DNA of 64,000 nt from the IMG/VR virus record IMGVR_UViG_3300007734_000755, positions 32,001 through 96,000 of that record; one strand, written 5' to 3'. Under the pieces are notes generated by a model. The model was not told where the DNA came from. It was given only the letters and a program-made list of their open reading frames with translations, and ran no database searches. Position 1 is the stretch's first letter. Each line of letters opens with the position of its first letter. Positions 55,309-64,000 of the stretch are shown here, piece after piece. A program made the position numbers and the translations under genes. The stretch comes from a virus.

Positions 55309-58203
55309 TTAAGCATCAAACGATGCACCGCTCTTGGTGATAAAGAAATCAATTGCAATAAATTCAATTGCTCTCGCTGGTTTAATTAGTACCTTGGCAT
55401 AAAGTATATTCTGATCAATTAGGTCAGGAGTTGTGGTTGTTGAATCTAGAATCAGTCTATATTCAGTAGTGCCAAATCTAGCCTTAACATCCGAGAGGAA
55501 CGGCTCTGCCTTATCCTTAAAGTTATTCCATGTATCCTCTACGTTTGGTTCGAAGAGGATACCGTTCGAAATTAAATTAATCCCTCTCTTGACATACAGC
55601 ATTAATCTGCGAACATTAATTCTATCAAGGGCACTTGGGACTGCTTGTAGTGTCTTTTGCCCAAAGATAACAATTCCCTCATTTGGGAACGAGGTAATCG
55701 GATTGACGTTTACTAAATAAAGCTTATCTCTGTCTGCTTGATTTAGTTTCTTGACAACATTAACAACATTAACCCCCGCATTACCAGTTGACAACCCACC
55801 TCTGTTGAAACCGGCAGGAGCGAACCAGGGAGCTTGAACCTTGTCTGTGTAGGACATCGCTCCGACTGCCGGGATAGACGGAGGAATCGGCAGGATCTTT
55901 CCAGAATTTGCATCTGAAATTTGTACCCAAGGATAATAAACTGCACCATAGCTTGTGTTAAGATTTCTTCCCTTGATTTGATCTACCACAGAATCAACAG
56001 ATGCCGCTCTTATTAAAGTTCCATCCTGATCGCTATTCTCGTATTTTGTAACATATGACGCCTGGTTTTCGGCTTCTCCAGAGGCATCAATAACAGCTAA
56101 CATGTCGCCTCTTTGTTCTGCCATCTGCGCTAGATATTGAGTAATTGGCTCAAACACAAGACCAGGAACAGAAACCAAATTAGCTTCTACTTCCTCCGGA
56201 TCTCTTACTAAATCTATGGCGCGCTTGTAGGTATAGTAAACATAGTTACTGTCGTTGTCGGAATTAGAATCCATTATTGTGTTTCTAAGCGGCTCGCCTT
56301 CTAGAATATTAAATCCGTCAGAACCACCCTGAAACACTGTCGTAAAGGAATTAACACCTGTGTTTAGAAGAGCATCATATGTGCCGCCAATAGAGGTGTA
56401 TGACGTTCCATCAGCCTTAGACCCAGATACGTGCTTAAAGAACGTTCCTGTCCAAGTTAATCCAGAGCCAGAGGCTCCAGTAATTTCGATATCATCAAGG
56501 CTGAACTGCCACGCATAGGTTAATCCACCTCCTGCAACTCCATTGGTAAATGCTACCGCACCAGTTACTGGAAGTCTTAAAATATCATTGACTCCATCAT
56601 TGTACAATAGTGATGAGACATCTCTAGTTGTGGACGCTCCCCAATCTGCTAATTTATATGTTGTTAAAGAATCTTCCTTTGAATCAGCTCTCTCCCTGAG
56701 GGAGGGAAACGTCCACACATAAGTCGTGGCAGAATGATCAGAACCGGTTATAGCCGAAGAGGAGTAATTCTCTCCTGCGGTGAGAACCTCTATCATACCG
56801 GATTTTGTACTTCTAAGAGAAGAGATGGATGCTGTGACATTATTATATTTTAGTGGGCCAAGAACTCCAAACGGAACTAAAGAAGAATCTAGCTGGTCAC
56901 TATACATTTCAACTCTAACAAACTTAGAGTTGTTGTCGTAGAGGCCAATTTCTGTTTGTCTTCTATCGGTGTCATCCCAAGAGAAATATTTGTCGCCTAT
57001 TTTTCTAGCAACATAATTCGGAGATGATGGATCAAGAGTACAGCCAACATAGGATTCAACCAATTTCTTATTAGAATCGGTATCGTAAACTCGTCTAATT
57101 TCTATATCAAATGAGGCATATTTTTGAGCGTCATTTTGCGGAGGAATAATGTTATTAATCGTAACCTTTAAATTGTTTCTGATCCATTCGCCAGAATCAA
57201 GCGCGACAAGCCTGAACAGCTTGGCCGCCTTTGTTGCGGGGGTATATGAAGAATCCGTTCCTGCTGCTACCTGAGAAATGAACCACCCGGTTCTAGCCGC
57301 ATTGTCTTCGCTAGCTGGTCTGTTAAGCCTGCCAGTGTGGAAGTTTGTAAGTGGTACAATAATGCCCACCATCTCTTGGGATGAGCTTGTTAGAACAGAG
57401 TTTGTTACTCCATTAAAGAGATCATTTTCGAACGTTTCTCCAAGCCAATATCCATAGAAGCTGCTATTGTCAGAAGCTAATCCAGATACGGAATCTGGGT
57501 TTGCATTCTGAGGATTTGTGTTGAAAGTTTTTCTAATAAATTTACCTGATGAGGGAGAGAAATTGAATTTCTTAGCTGTGCTAACATCAACACCAGCCGA
57601 GCCGCTCATGTAAACAGTGAAATTTCCGTCTGTTGATTCCTTCATAGACGAGTTGCGATAGTCAGTGTCGTGTCCGCCGCCAAAAATGTTTCCTCCTAAC
57701 ACTGGAACGGTGCCAGAGCAGTACCAGATAGCAGCGAGTGTTCCGATTAGTTGTGAACCTGCGGATGCTGAATTGAAAATGAATAGGCCAACAGATCCAT
57801 GCTTTGTATCGGTGGTGCTTGGTCCGAACTGCCAACCAGCATATCCGGCATTGTTGTCTGTTGTTGCAGTTGCGGTATCGCTTTGCACGCCAAGCATTCT
57901 AACATAGGTAACAGTTGGGCTGTTTGCAAGCCAAGCCTGGGCAGCATAACCTCCGTATGTTGGACCGGCTGGGATGCCACTTCTCCATACATCGCCAGAC
58001 GAATCTCCACCGGCAACCGGTTCTCCGAATGTCTCTACAAACTCCTTATAGGATGAAACAGTAACAGGACGCATCGCTGGCCCTCTTTGTGCTCTACCGA
58101 TGATTACTGGTCCTACAGGGGCCGCATTCTTCTGAACCTGTGATTGATCGACTTCGTTCAGAAAGACACCTGGGGATGAAAAGTTGAAAGATTTTACTGT
58201 CAT
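55309..58203 (-). CDS. contractile tail sheath protein (gp18-like)
   Basis: SPGVFLNEVD, YYPWV, PWFAPAGFNRG, GQKTLQ, DRINVRRL, FEPN, KPARAIEFI. Confidence 0.95.
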   Translation of the reverse strand: MTVKSFNFSSPGVFLNEVDQSQVQKNAAPVGPVIIGRAQRGPAMRPVTVSSYKEFVETFGEPVAGGDSSGDVWRSGIPAGPTYGGYAAQAWLANSPTVTYVRMLGVQSDTATATTDNNAGYAGWQFGPSTTDTKHGSVGLFIFNSASAGSQLIGTLAAIWYCSGTVPVLGGNIFGGGHDTDYRNSSMKESTDGNFTVYMSGSAGVDVSTAKKFNFSPSSGKFIRKTFNTNPQNANPDSVSGLASDNSSFYGYWLGETFENDLFNGVTNSVLTSSSQEMVGIIVPLTNFHTGRLNRPASEDNAARTGWFISQVAAGTDSSYTPATKAAKLFRLVALDSGEWIRNNLKVTINNIIPPQNDAQKYASFDIEIRRVYDTDSNKKLVESYVGCTLDPSSPNYVARKIGDKYFSWDDTDRRQTEIGLYDNNSKFVRVEMYSDQLDSSLVPFGVLGPLKYNNVTASISSLRSTKSGMIEVLTAGENYSSSAITGSDHSATTYVWTFPSLRERADSKEDSLTTYKLADWGASTTRDVSSLLYNDGVNDILRLPVTGAVAFTNGVAGGGLTYAWQFSLDDIEITGASGSGLTWTGTFFKHVSGSKADGTSYTSIGGTYDALLNTGVNSFTTVFQGGSDGFNILEGEPLRNTIMDSNSDNDSNYVYYTYKRAIDLVRDPEEVEANLVSVPGLVFEPITQYLAQMAEQRGDMLAVIDASGEAENQASYVTKYENSDQDGTLIRAASVDSVVDQIKGRNLNTSYGAVYYPWVQISDANSGKILPIPPSIPAVGAMSYTDKVQAPWFAPAGFNRGGLSTGNAGVNVVNVVKKLNQADRDKLYLVNVNPITSFPNEGIVIFGQKTLQAVPSALDRINVRRLMLYVKRGINLISNGILFEPNVEDTWNNFKDKAEPFLSDVKARFGTTEYRLILDSTTTTPDLIDQNILYAKVLIKPARAIEFIAIDFFITKSGASFDA

Positions 58204-58234
58204 CTAACGAGTCTCCTATGATTCTAACTCTTAG

Positions 58235-58242
58235 TAAATAGT
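58235..58242 (-). promoter_or_regulatory. putative late promoter ACTATTTA
   Basis: upstream of tail sheath RBS. Confidence 0.7.
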
Positions 58243-58258
58243 TTGGGTAAGATGAAAA

Positions 58259-59104
58259 TCATTGTCTAAATGGGGTATCTAGATTGCCAAGGGTATTTAT
58301 GTCCCCCAATACGACTCGTTCCCTCTGTATTCTCACTTTTGCAGGGCCTTCCCTATAGACAACGTTTGGAGTTTGTTGTGATGTCTGTGAAGTTGTGGTA
58401 AACCCAAGAACATTGATAGAGAATTTTGCCTCATATATTTTTTCTGTCTCCCCTATGTCCGGCGAGTTTGATGAGAATCCGGTATCCTTTGGCATAAAAA
58501 CCTCATATTTGAATCCGTCATATTTTATAGTAAAGACCTGGGAGTTGTAGGGAACGACAACTCTTTGTATTGGAGCCATCATTTCATTGATCTGTTGCAT
58601 ATAGATCGCCTTCAATGAAATCTCGTACTTCATATCATAATAGGAGGGATAGGGAACAAATACATATTCATTAACCACCTCTATATTATCCATCTTAAAA
58701 TTTTGTTGTCCACGGACTCGATTGGACTTGGCATTGGCGAAGTTTGATGTCTTTTCCTGGTTTATTTTTCTCCAAAAACCAAACTGACTGTTCTTATAAT
58801 CTAAGCCCTTTCTTATTATTCCCGGAAGCGGGCGATTTCCGACATCTGTTAGCTGAACACCGGTTCTTTGCAGTTGAATCTGTGGAAAGTCTAGGAATCC
58901 ATTTTCATCCCTCATGTCATTCTGTTCTTTGATTTGATAAGCTCTCTCCCTGGAAAACCAAACGACAGGAACCTTTCTCATGCCATCGTTGGTAATGGTT
59001 TGAATGTCCAGGGTTTCGTTTAACCAAGTAAACAGCGCCATGTCCACGGTCTCGAATGTGGAAGTTGGAGTTGAATTATTCTGATTTTTGTATGACGTAT
59101 CCAT
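58259..59104 (-). CDS. tail terminator / sheath stabiliser (gp15-like)
   Basis: KVPVVW..RER, P..YDMKYEI, QQINEM; position between neck and sheath. Confidence 0.65.
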   Translation of the reverse strand: MDTSYKNQNNSTPTSTFETVDMALFTWLNETLDIQTITNDGMRKVPVVWFSRERAYQIKEQNDMRDENGFLDFPQIQLQRTGVQLTDVGNRPLPGIIRKGLDYKNSQFGFWRKINQEKTSNFANAKSNRVRGQQNFKMDNIEVVNEYVFVPYPSYYDMKYEISLKAIYMQQINEMMAPIQRVVVPYNSQVFTIKYDGFKYEVFMPKDTGFSSNSPDIGETEKIYEAKFSINVLGFTTTSQTSQQTPNVVYREGPAKVRIQRERVVLGDINTLGNLDTPFRQ

Positions 59105-59106
59105 TG

Positions 59107-60327
59107 TTATCCTCTTCTATATATGATTCTGATTGTCCTTCCTTTCCTCCCTATTGATTCTGTCATGCCCCTCTGCTTCTTAGCCTGTTCCCACCGCTCT
59201 TTTGTTGGATAACCTATTCCATATAAATGATATAATGGTTCGTGTTCATTTCCAAACACATCAGTAAATGATTTTGTATAAACCACAGCTGGGCCGTCTG
59301 TTCTATGAATTTGCCCATTTAGATACCACACCTCTATTCCGTTGCTAAGTATGTCTGCTGGTCCATCGCGTCTATCAAGACGCCCATTCAGAGTCCACTT
59401 CTTATTTCCCCTTGTTTCAGTGTACGTTCTTCCATCTCCTAGGTTTATGTGTTTATATTCATTTGTTTGGCTTATTGTATTCTTGGGTAATTTATCCGAT
59501 AACTTCTTAACTATTTCGTTTAAACGGAAGAACAGATGACTTTCTTCGAGATCATCATCTTCCTTATCCTTGAACTGGCTCTCCTCTCCATCATAGTGAA
59601 ATTGATATTTTTCTTCTGGGTTTTTCTTTGAGATGAAGATGATCAATGGTTTTTCCCTGGAGTGATATTTTTCATAATATTGCAGTCCAGGAGCTGCCGT
59701 ACACCACCTTGTACCCTTCCCCAGCTGTATTGCTGCTGCTTTATTTTCTGGTATAAAAATTTCCCAGTTCTCATCCTCATAGATTTTGTTGATTATCGCA
59801 TTTTTTTCTGCCTTCTTTTGTTTATATTCTTCATAGGCTGGCATTGCATCATCAACAATTTTAACGAATTCATCTGTTGTCTTTATTGAATATATATCCT
59901 GTTTGGCTAATATTCTGCCGATTCCCTGTTCCTTGATTTGATAGAAGGTTTCTAGTGGACGGCTTAGTATAATATAAAATACCACATCTTTTTCATTAAC
60001 GACACTAGACAGAAAAACGCTTATAAGCCAATTGAGGGCTTCTGCTCGATTTGAAGGAGAAATATCGTCTGGAATGGCGCTTTTTATCATTTCTTCCATT
60101 CCCTCGGTGCTATATTTTGCGTTCAGAGAGTCTTCTGCTATTTCTTCCTTTGTCATACCCATTCTTATAGATTTTTCATCAGATACGAATCTAGCGAAAT
60201 ATTTTATAGAGTTTCTCATAACCTCTTCGCACTTTGACTTAAATGCCTTAGACTTGAATCTTGGGAGGACTTGTTCCATCTTTATTTCATTAAGAATTCT
60301 TCTATTTTCAAATATAATTCTTATCAT
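59107..60327 (-). CDS. protein with G.GT.WC domain and HRxDGPA repeats, N-terminal leader
   Basis: LGKGTRWCTA...KYQFH; LDRRDGPA, IHRTDGPA. Confidence 0.7.
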   Translation of the reverse strand: MIRIIFENRRILNEIKMEQVLPRFKSKAFKSKCEEVMRNSIKYFARFVSDEKSIRMGMTKEEIAEDSLNAKYSTEGMEEMIKSAIPDDISPSNRAEALNWLISVFLSSVVNEKDVVFYIILSRPLETFYQIKEQGIGRILAKQDIYSIKTTDEFVKIVDDAMPAYEEYKQKKAEKNAIINKIYEDENWEIFIPENKAAAIQLGKGTRWCTAAPGLQYYEKYHSREKPLIIFISKKNPEEKYQFHYDGEESQFKDKEDDDLEESHLFFRLNEIVKKLSDKLPKNTISQTNEYKHINLGDGRTYTETRGNKKWTLNGRLDRRDGPADILSNGIEVWYLNGQIHRTDGPAVVYTKSFTDVFGNEHEPLYHLYGIGYPTKERWEQAKKQRGMTESIGRKGRTIRIIYRRG

Positions 60328-60815
60328 TGGGCTGAAAAATTTCCTTTTCTAGATTTAATGCAGGTTGCCACTATTTCTACCTTATTCTCATCCTGTCCAT
60401 AGGGAGAAATTGGTTCCTTTAGTTTGACAATTTCAAACAGGATTTGGTTGTGAAGAATAAAATCTCCCTCTCTAACATATAGGTTTTGGTCCTCTGTTAA
60501 CCTTCTCTTGTGGAAGAACACTTCAATATTTCGTTCCTTCTCTAGACCAAACTTATCAACTCTCGTCTCGACACCACTTGGCTTAACAAAGGCATAAACT
60601 CTTATGGGAGGGAGGAAATTTTTCTGAATGGCTTCACCATATAGAGGATGATATTCAGTGGTGTTTGTATCAATTGCGTAATAAAGGATAGCCTGGCCAA
60701 CAACTCTTTCTGCAACCTCTGTAACGACTTGTTTATTAAAGTCCCTCTCTGGCTGGTTAATAAACAGCGGAGCGGGAGGAGCGGCGGGTTGTGTAAATTG
60801 GTTTATTTTTGGCAT
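60324..60815 (-). CDS. neck/head completion protein (gp14-like)
   Basis: HPLYGE, FG, VREGDFI, FEI. Confidence 0.7.
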   Translation of the reverse strand: MPKINQFTQPAAPPAPLFINQPERDFNKQVVTEVAERVVGQAILYYAIDTNTTEYHPLYGEAIQKNFLPPIRVYAFVKPSGVETRVDKFGLEKERNIEVFFHKRRLTEDQNLYVREGDFILHNQILFEIVKLKEPISPYGQDENKVEIVATCIKSRKGNFSAQ

Positions 60816-60825
60816 TGTTTAAATT

Positions 60826-62064
60826 TTAACCAACGTATATCGGGAGGGGCACCATCTTCATTGTGTCTGCCGTATTCTTTACCATCGCTGCCTGTGTTTC
60901 AGCAATCTTGGAATAGGTTAACTCGTCCAAGACTTTTATCAACTCATCTCTGAGCGATGTTTTTTCCTTATCTGCCTCTGCTAGAAGAGCTGAGGAATTA
61001 AGTGTAATCGTAACACCTGGAGCCGGAATAGCTCCACTAAACTTTCCTCGGATCTGGCCCAGCATTTCCTTGCTAAGAGCTAGGGCATATCTTCTAATCC
61101 ATTGCTTTCCAATGCTGTTAATATTTTGATAGGGAATATTCTCAAACGGTAAGGTATTAAGGTTGTTAATACCAGAAATCTCTCCTGGAGTATCGCCCTC
61201 GTCCCATCCATCCGGAACAACATAAAATTTAAAAAATACCTTATGAACATCCGTTACAGCCGGGACTGGGTATAATCTCAGTTTGTTGTTAACGATCTCA
61301 TAGGAGTGGTGTGAGGTCCTTGTATAGATTGAATCCTCATACATCATCGCCTGTAACTTATTCTGCCATGTGGGGATAACCTCAAAGGTGGAATCGTCTG
61401 TATACATACCGTACGTTGACATATTTCCAATAACATTCATCCCACCATAGTAAGCGAAGAATCTCCACATAGCCCGAGGAGTTATGTAATATATCTTTGT
61501 TATTACGGCTCTCTTGCCGTTTAGCTCTGGATATTGTGAATCGACAGCTTCCTGGAGATCATAGTCTTGAACGCTGGATGTTAGGTTAACCGAAGCAGAG
61601 TAGGTCGTTATATCACCACCAACACTTGTTGATGCCCCAAACCCCTTTGCGACGTTTCTGGGGAGTTGTGGGAAAAATCTTGGGAACTTCAGGGCGACGT
61701 TACTTCCGGACACAGAACCAGAAAGCAAATTGCCTGCATTATCAAAGCTTCCGGTAGAGTTACCTAGGAGGCTCGGAAGAGCATTCTTGGCCTGATGGAT
61801 ATTGACAAGATAGGAATATTCTAGACAGGCTTCCTGATAGGCTGCAAACACATTCTGGTTTGTTAGTTCTATATCAAGAACATCTCCACCCAATCTCTTG
61901 TAGACATAGGAAACCTGCTCTGCTGCCCCAGATAGAAAGTAGTCGTCGCTTATGTATGTTGTAAAGGGATATGAGGTTACAACCGCAGCATCGGTAGTTG
62001 TAGCTATCGAGGACAATCTAACAGTTGTTGTTGTTGATATTGGTGTAAGGGTGGGTAGGGCCAT
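60826..62064 (-). CDS. neck protein (gp13-like)
   Basis: LGGDVLDIELT, QWIRRYALALSKEMLGQIRGKF, PLPIYVG. Confidence 0.85.
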   Translation of the reverse strand: MALPTLTPISTTTTVRLSSIATTTDAAVVTSYPFTTYISDDYFLSGAAEQVSYVYKRLGGDVLDIELTNQNVFAAYQEACLEYSYLVNIHQAKNALPSLLGNSTGSFDNAGNLLSGSVSGSNVALKFPRFFPQLPRNVAKGFGASTSVGGDITTYSASVNLTSSVQDYDLQEAVDSQYPELNGKRAVITKIYYITPRAMWRFFAYYGGMNVIGNMSTYGMYTDDSTFEVIPTWQNKLQAMMYEDSIYTRTSHHSYEIVNNKLRLYPVPAVTDVHKVFFKFYVVPDGWDEGDTPGEISGINNLNTLPFENIPYQNINSIGKQWIRRYALALSKEMLGQIRGKFSGAIPAPGVTITLNSSALLAEADKEKTSLRDELIKVLDELTYSKIAETQAAMVKNTADTMKMVPLPIYVG

Positions 62065-62084
62065 TTACTATTTCTCCGCACATA

Positions 62085-62091
62085 TAAATAG
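62085..62091 (-). promoter_or_regulatory. putative late promoter CTATTTA
   Basis: upstream of neck gene GGAG RBS. Confidence 0.65.
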
Positions 62092-62125
62092 CCTTGTTAA
62101 TGATAAACGGCAAAATAACACATTG

Positions 62126-64000
62126 CTATATTAGTTTAGATTTGGCAGTTAGGGTCTTAAGTATTGGTACGACCTTCTTGTCCTTTGTTGTAAATTGAAT
62201 TTCGACCTGCAATAGATTCCCGATTATATTTATCTTAGCTAGATTATATGGAAAAATCTCCGGTGGAAAATAAATAGGGTCAGACCAAGAAGCAGTTTCA
62301 AGCTCCACCTTTGTGTTTCCGGCTCTTAATCTAAATCTTAATGCAGTTCCCTCTGGCAAATCTGCCTCTGCCGAGATTGACTGCCACAATTGTTTCGGCT
62401 TGTTCGTTGTAATTGGGTTAAGGTTTATACCTCCAAAGAATACCGTACTATATTGACCCTTGGGAGCCGTGAAGTAGTTAAGGGTGTATCCTGTCATATC
62501 TGAATATGTGTAGGGCGATGAACCAACTGAAACCAATCCTACCTTCGTCATAGTCTTTGGTTCAATTTTCGCCGTACTTGAGCCGCCCTGATTAACCGCC
62601 CACACAAACCCATCATAATCCAGCGCAACACCAACCGGATTACCAGAACTCGAGACAAACCCCTCGGTCTTTGGTGGATCAAGATTCCCGTTTATTTTTA
62701 CAATACCTCCAGAACTATCAACCGCAACATAGATATATCCATCATTAGAACTTGCAACTCCTCTTCCCCCACCCCATTGCATACTTACAACCTTCCACTT
62801 TAATGTCTTTGGATCATAAACAGAAGCGGTATTACCAGAAGCAACCCAAACTCTCCCGTACTTGTCGATGTTCAACCCATAGGCTCCGGATGGATAGGCT
62901 AGAGCCGGAAGGGTACTGGATTTTGTAACAACGCCGGTTGAGGGATCAACCATAATTAAACTACCACAACCAGCCCCCTGTCCCCAGATAATCCCCTTCT
63001 GGTCGATTACAAGACCATATGGTTCACAACCAATATTTATATCTGTCATCGTTGCCCCGTCATTTTGATTTAGTCTAACGAGAGACTTCGTATTCCAGTA
63101 GCCAATCCAAACATTGTTATCCTTATCTACCGCTGCCCCTCTGGCATAGGTTCCCTTGTTCGGCTGGACAATAAACTTAACGCACTCGTCATTGGGAATC
63201 GTATTGCTACCCGTAGAAGTTTCAATAATTCCATTTCCGTTCTTGTCTATGCACTTTGATGTCTCTGATATAATCTTTGCCACCTTCCCATCTCCTCGAC
63301 AGGCAACCCACACGTTTCCCTCTAGGTCCACAGATGTTCTTGATGGGTCCTGACAAACAGTATATCGCCCAACCTCCACGACAGTCTTGCAATCTACCTT
63401 TGATACCGTATTCTGCGGAGAGTTGGCGATCCAGATGAATTTTAGGTTTAATGAAATTTGAGACACATCAAGCGTTACATTACCCTGATCATTTAATCCA
63501 AGACCAGTTGAATTCTCGCTATTTAGATTCCAGGGATTTGCACCACCAATTGTTTGTTGGTTACAGGTTAAATCACAATTTCCACAGGTAGACTTCACAC
63601 CCTCGTCTGTCTCTCCATCACAATCATCATCCTTTCCGTTGCAAGTCTCTGCGGATGGTCCCACGTCACCCTTACAACCCTGCCAGAAGCCATCCACACA
63701 CGACTGGGTTCCTTTCTTGCAAGCTCCCTTCCCCGCAGTTGGAGGATCGTATGAATAACATAATGTGGATGGGGTATTACAGATACAACCCACGATGCCT
63801 CCCTTAGAGCAATCTGGGCACGTTGTTGTAAAGTTGGGGTTTGTATCGTCGCAGTCGTTACCGGGTACACAATTAACTCCATACCCATCTCCGTCCTCAT
63901 CTATACAAACTGCTATAGTCTCTTCAATCTCGGCGGAATCCTCGGACACCTCTCCCGTATCCTCCGGTACTTCCTCTGCAACATCAACTCCCAACACCTC
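62126..64000 (-). CDS. myxobacterial-type Cys-rich (MopE-like metal-binding motif) + Vgb-like beta-propeller protein, 5'-truncated
   Basis: CIDEDGDGYG..DCDDTNP and ETCNGKDDDCDGETDEG; propeller repeats IWIAN, VDLEGNVW, PYTYSDMTG; frame open to window end. Confidence 0.8.
   Translation of the reverse strand, partial: EVLGVDVAEEVPEDTGEVSEDSAEIEETIAVCIDEDGDGYGVNCVPGNDCDDTNPNFTTTCPDCSKGGIVGCICNTPSTLCYSYDPPTAGKGACKKGTQSCVDGFWQGCKGDVGPSAETCNGKDDDCDGETDEGVKSTCGNCDLTCNQQTIGGANPWNLNSENSTGLGLNDQGNVTLDVSQISLNLKFIWIANSPQNTVSKVDCKTVVEVGRYTVCQDPSRTSVDLEGNVWVACRGDGKVAKIISETSKCIDKNGNGIIETSTGSNTIPNDECVKFIVQPNKGTYARGAAVDKDNNVWIGYWNTKSLVRLNQNDGATMTDINIGCEPYGLVIDQKGIIWGQGAGCGSLIMVDPSTGVVTKSSTLPALAYPSGAYGLNIDKYGRVWVASGNTASVYDPKTLKWKVVSMQWGGGRGVASSNDGYIYVAVDSSGGIVKINGNLDPPKTEGFVSSSGNPVGVALDYDGFVWAVNQGGSSTAKIEPKTMTKVGLVSVGSSPYTYSDMTGYTLNYFTAPKGQYSTVFFGGINLNPITTNKPKQLWQSISAEADLPEGTALRFRLRAGNTKVELETASWSDPIYFPPEIFPYNLAKINIIGNLLQVEIQFTTKDKKVVPILKTLTAKSKLI

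Noticed and set aside
991-63353. Plus-strand ORFs in the track
   Set aside because: They are antisense shadows of minus-strand genes or tRNAs, with no motifs or RBS
1-64000. CRISPR array, inteins, self-splicing introns, IS elements
   Set aside because: No regularly spaced repeats seen; DnaE, NrdJ, helicase and RecA are normal length and uninterrupted; no transposase

Overview
This is a 64-kb segment of a large AT-rich (roughly 35-40% GC by eye) tailed dsDNA phage with a contractile tail and T4-like structural genes. Essentially every real gene is on the minus strand; the plus-strand ORFs are shadows. In window order it holds: three tRNAs plus small accessory genes and a MoxR/vWA pair (0-13 kb); chaperones (Hsp20, GroEL, GroES-like); nucleotide metabolism (GMP reductase/IMPDH, PurA, dUTPase, ThyX, NrdJ, thioredoxin); replication genes (DnaE, gp41-like helicase, 5'-3' exonuclease, RecA, gp32-like SSB, a tubulin/FtsZ-like protein and a minimal PolA); and a baseplate-tail-neck module ending in a truncated myxobacterial-type Cys-rich/beta-propeller gene. 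Two promoter classes can be read from the DNA: sigma70-like TTGACN-N17-TANNNT before early genes, and an ACTATTTA/CTAATTA motif before structural genes. The most notable observation is that the second motif also precedes scattered non-structural enzyme genes whose products share short N-terminal helical leaders ending in L/I-x-E, suggesting a portable capsid-loading tag for virion-delivered enzymes. Other highlights are a G-to-A nucleotide-pool conversion route, an A34 tRNA-Ser(AGA), a G3:U70 tRNA-Ser(GCT), a 70%-GC recently acquired gene, a GC-rich structured RNA upstream of recA, a +1/-2 tail-chaperone frameshift and a diversified HRxNDLPA mini-protein family. All functional calls come from motif recognition by eye; no database search was run.
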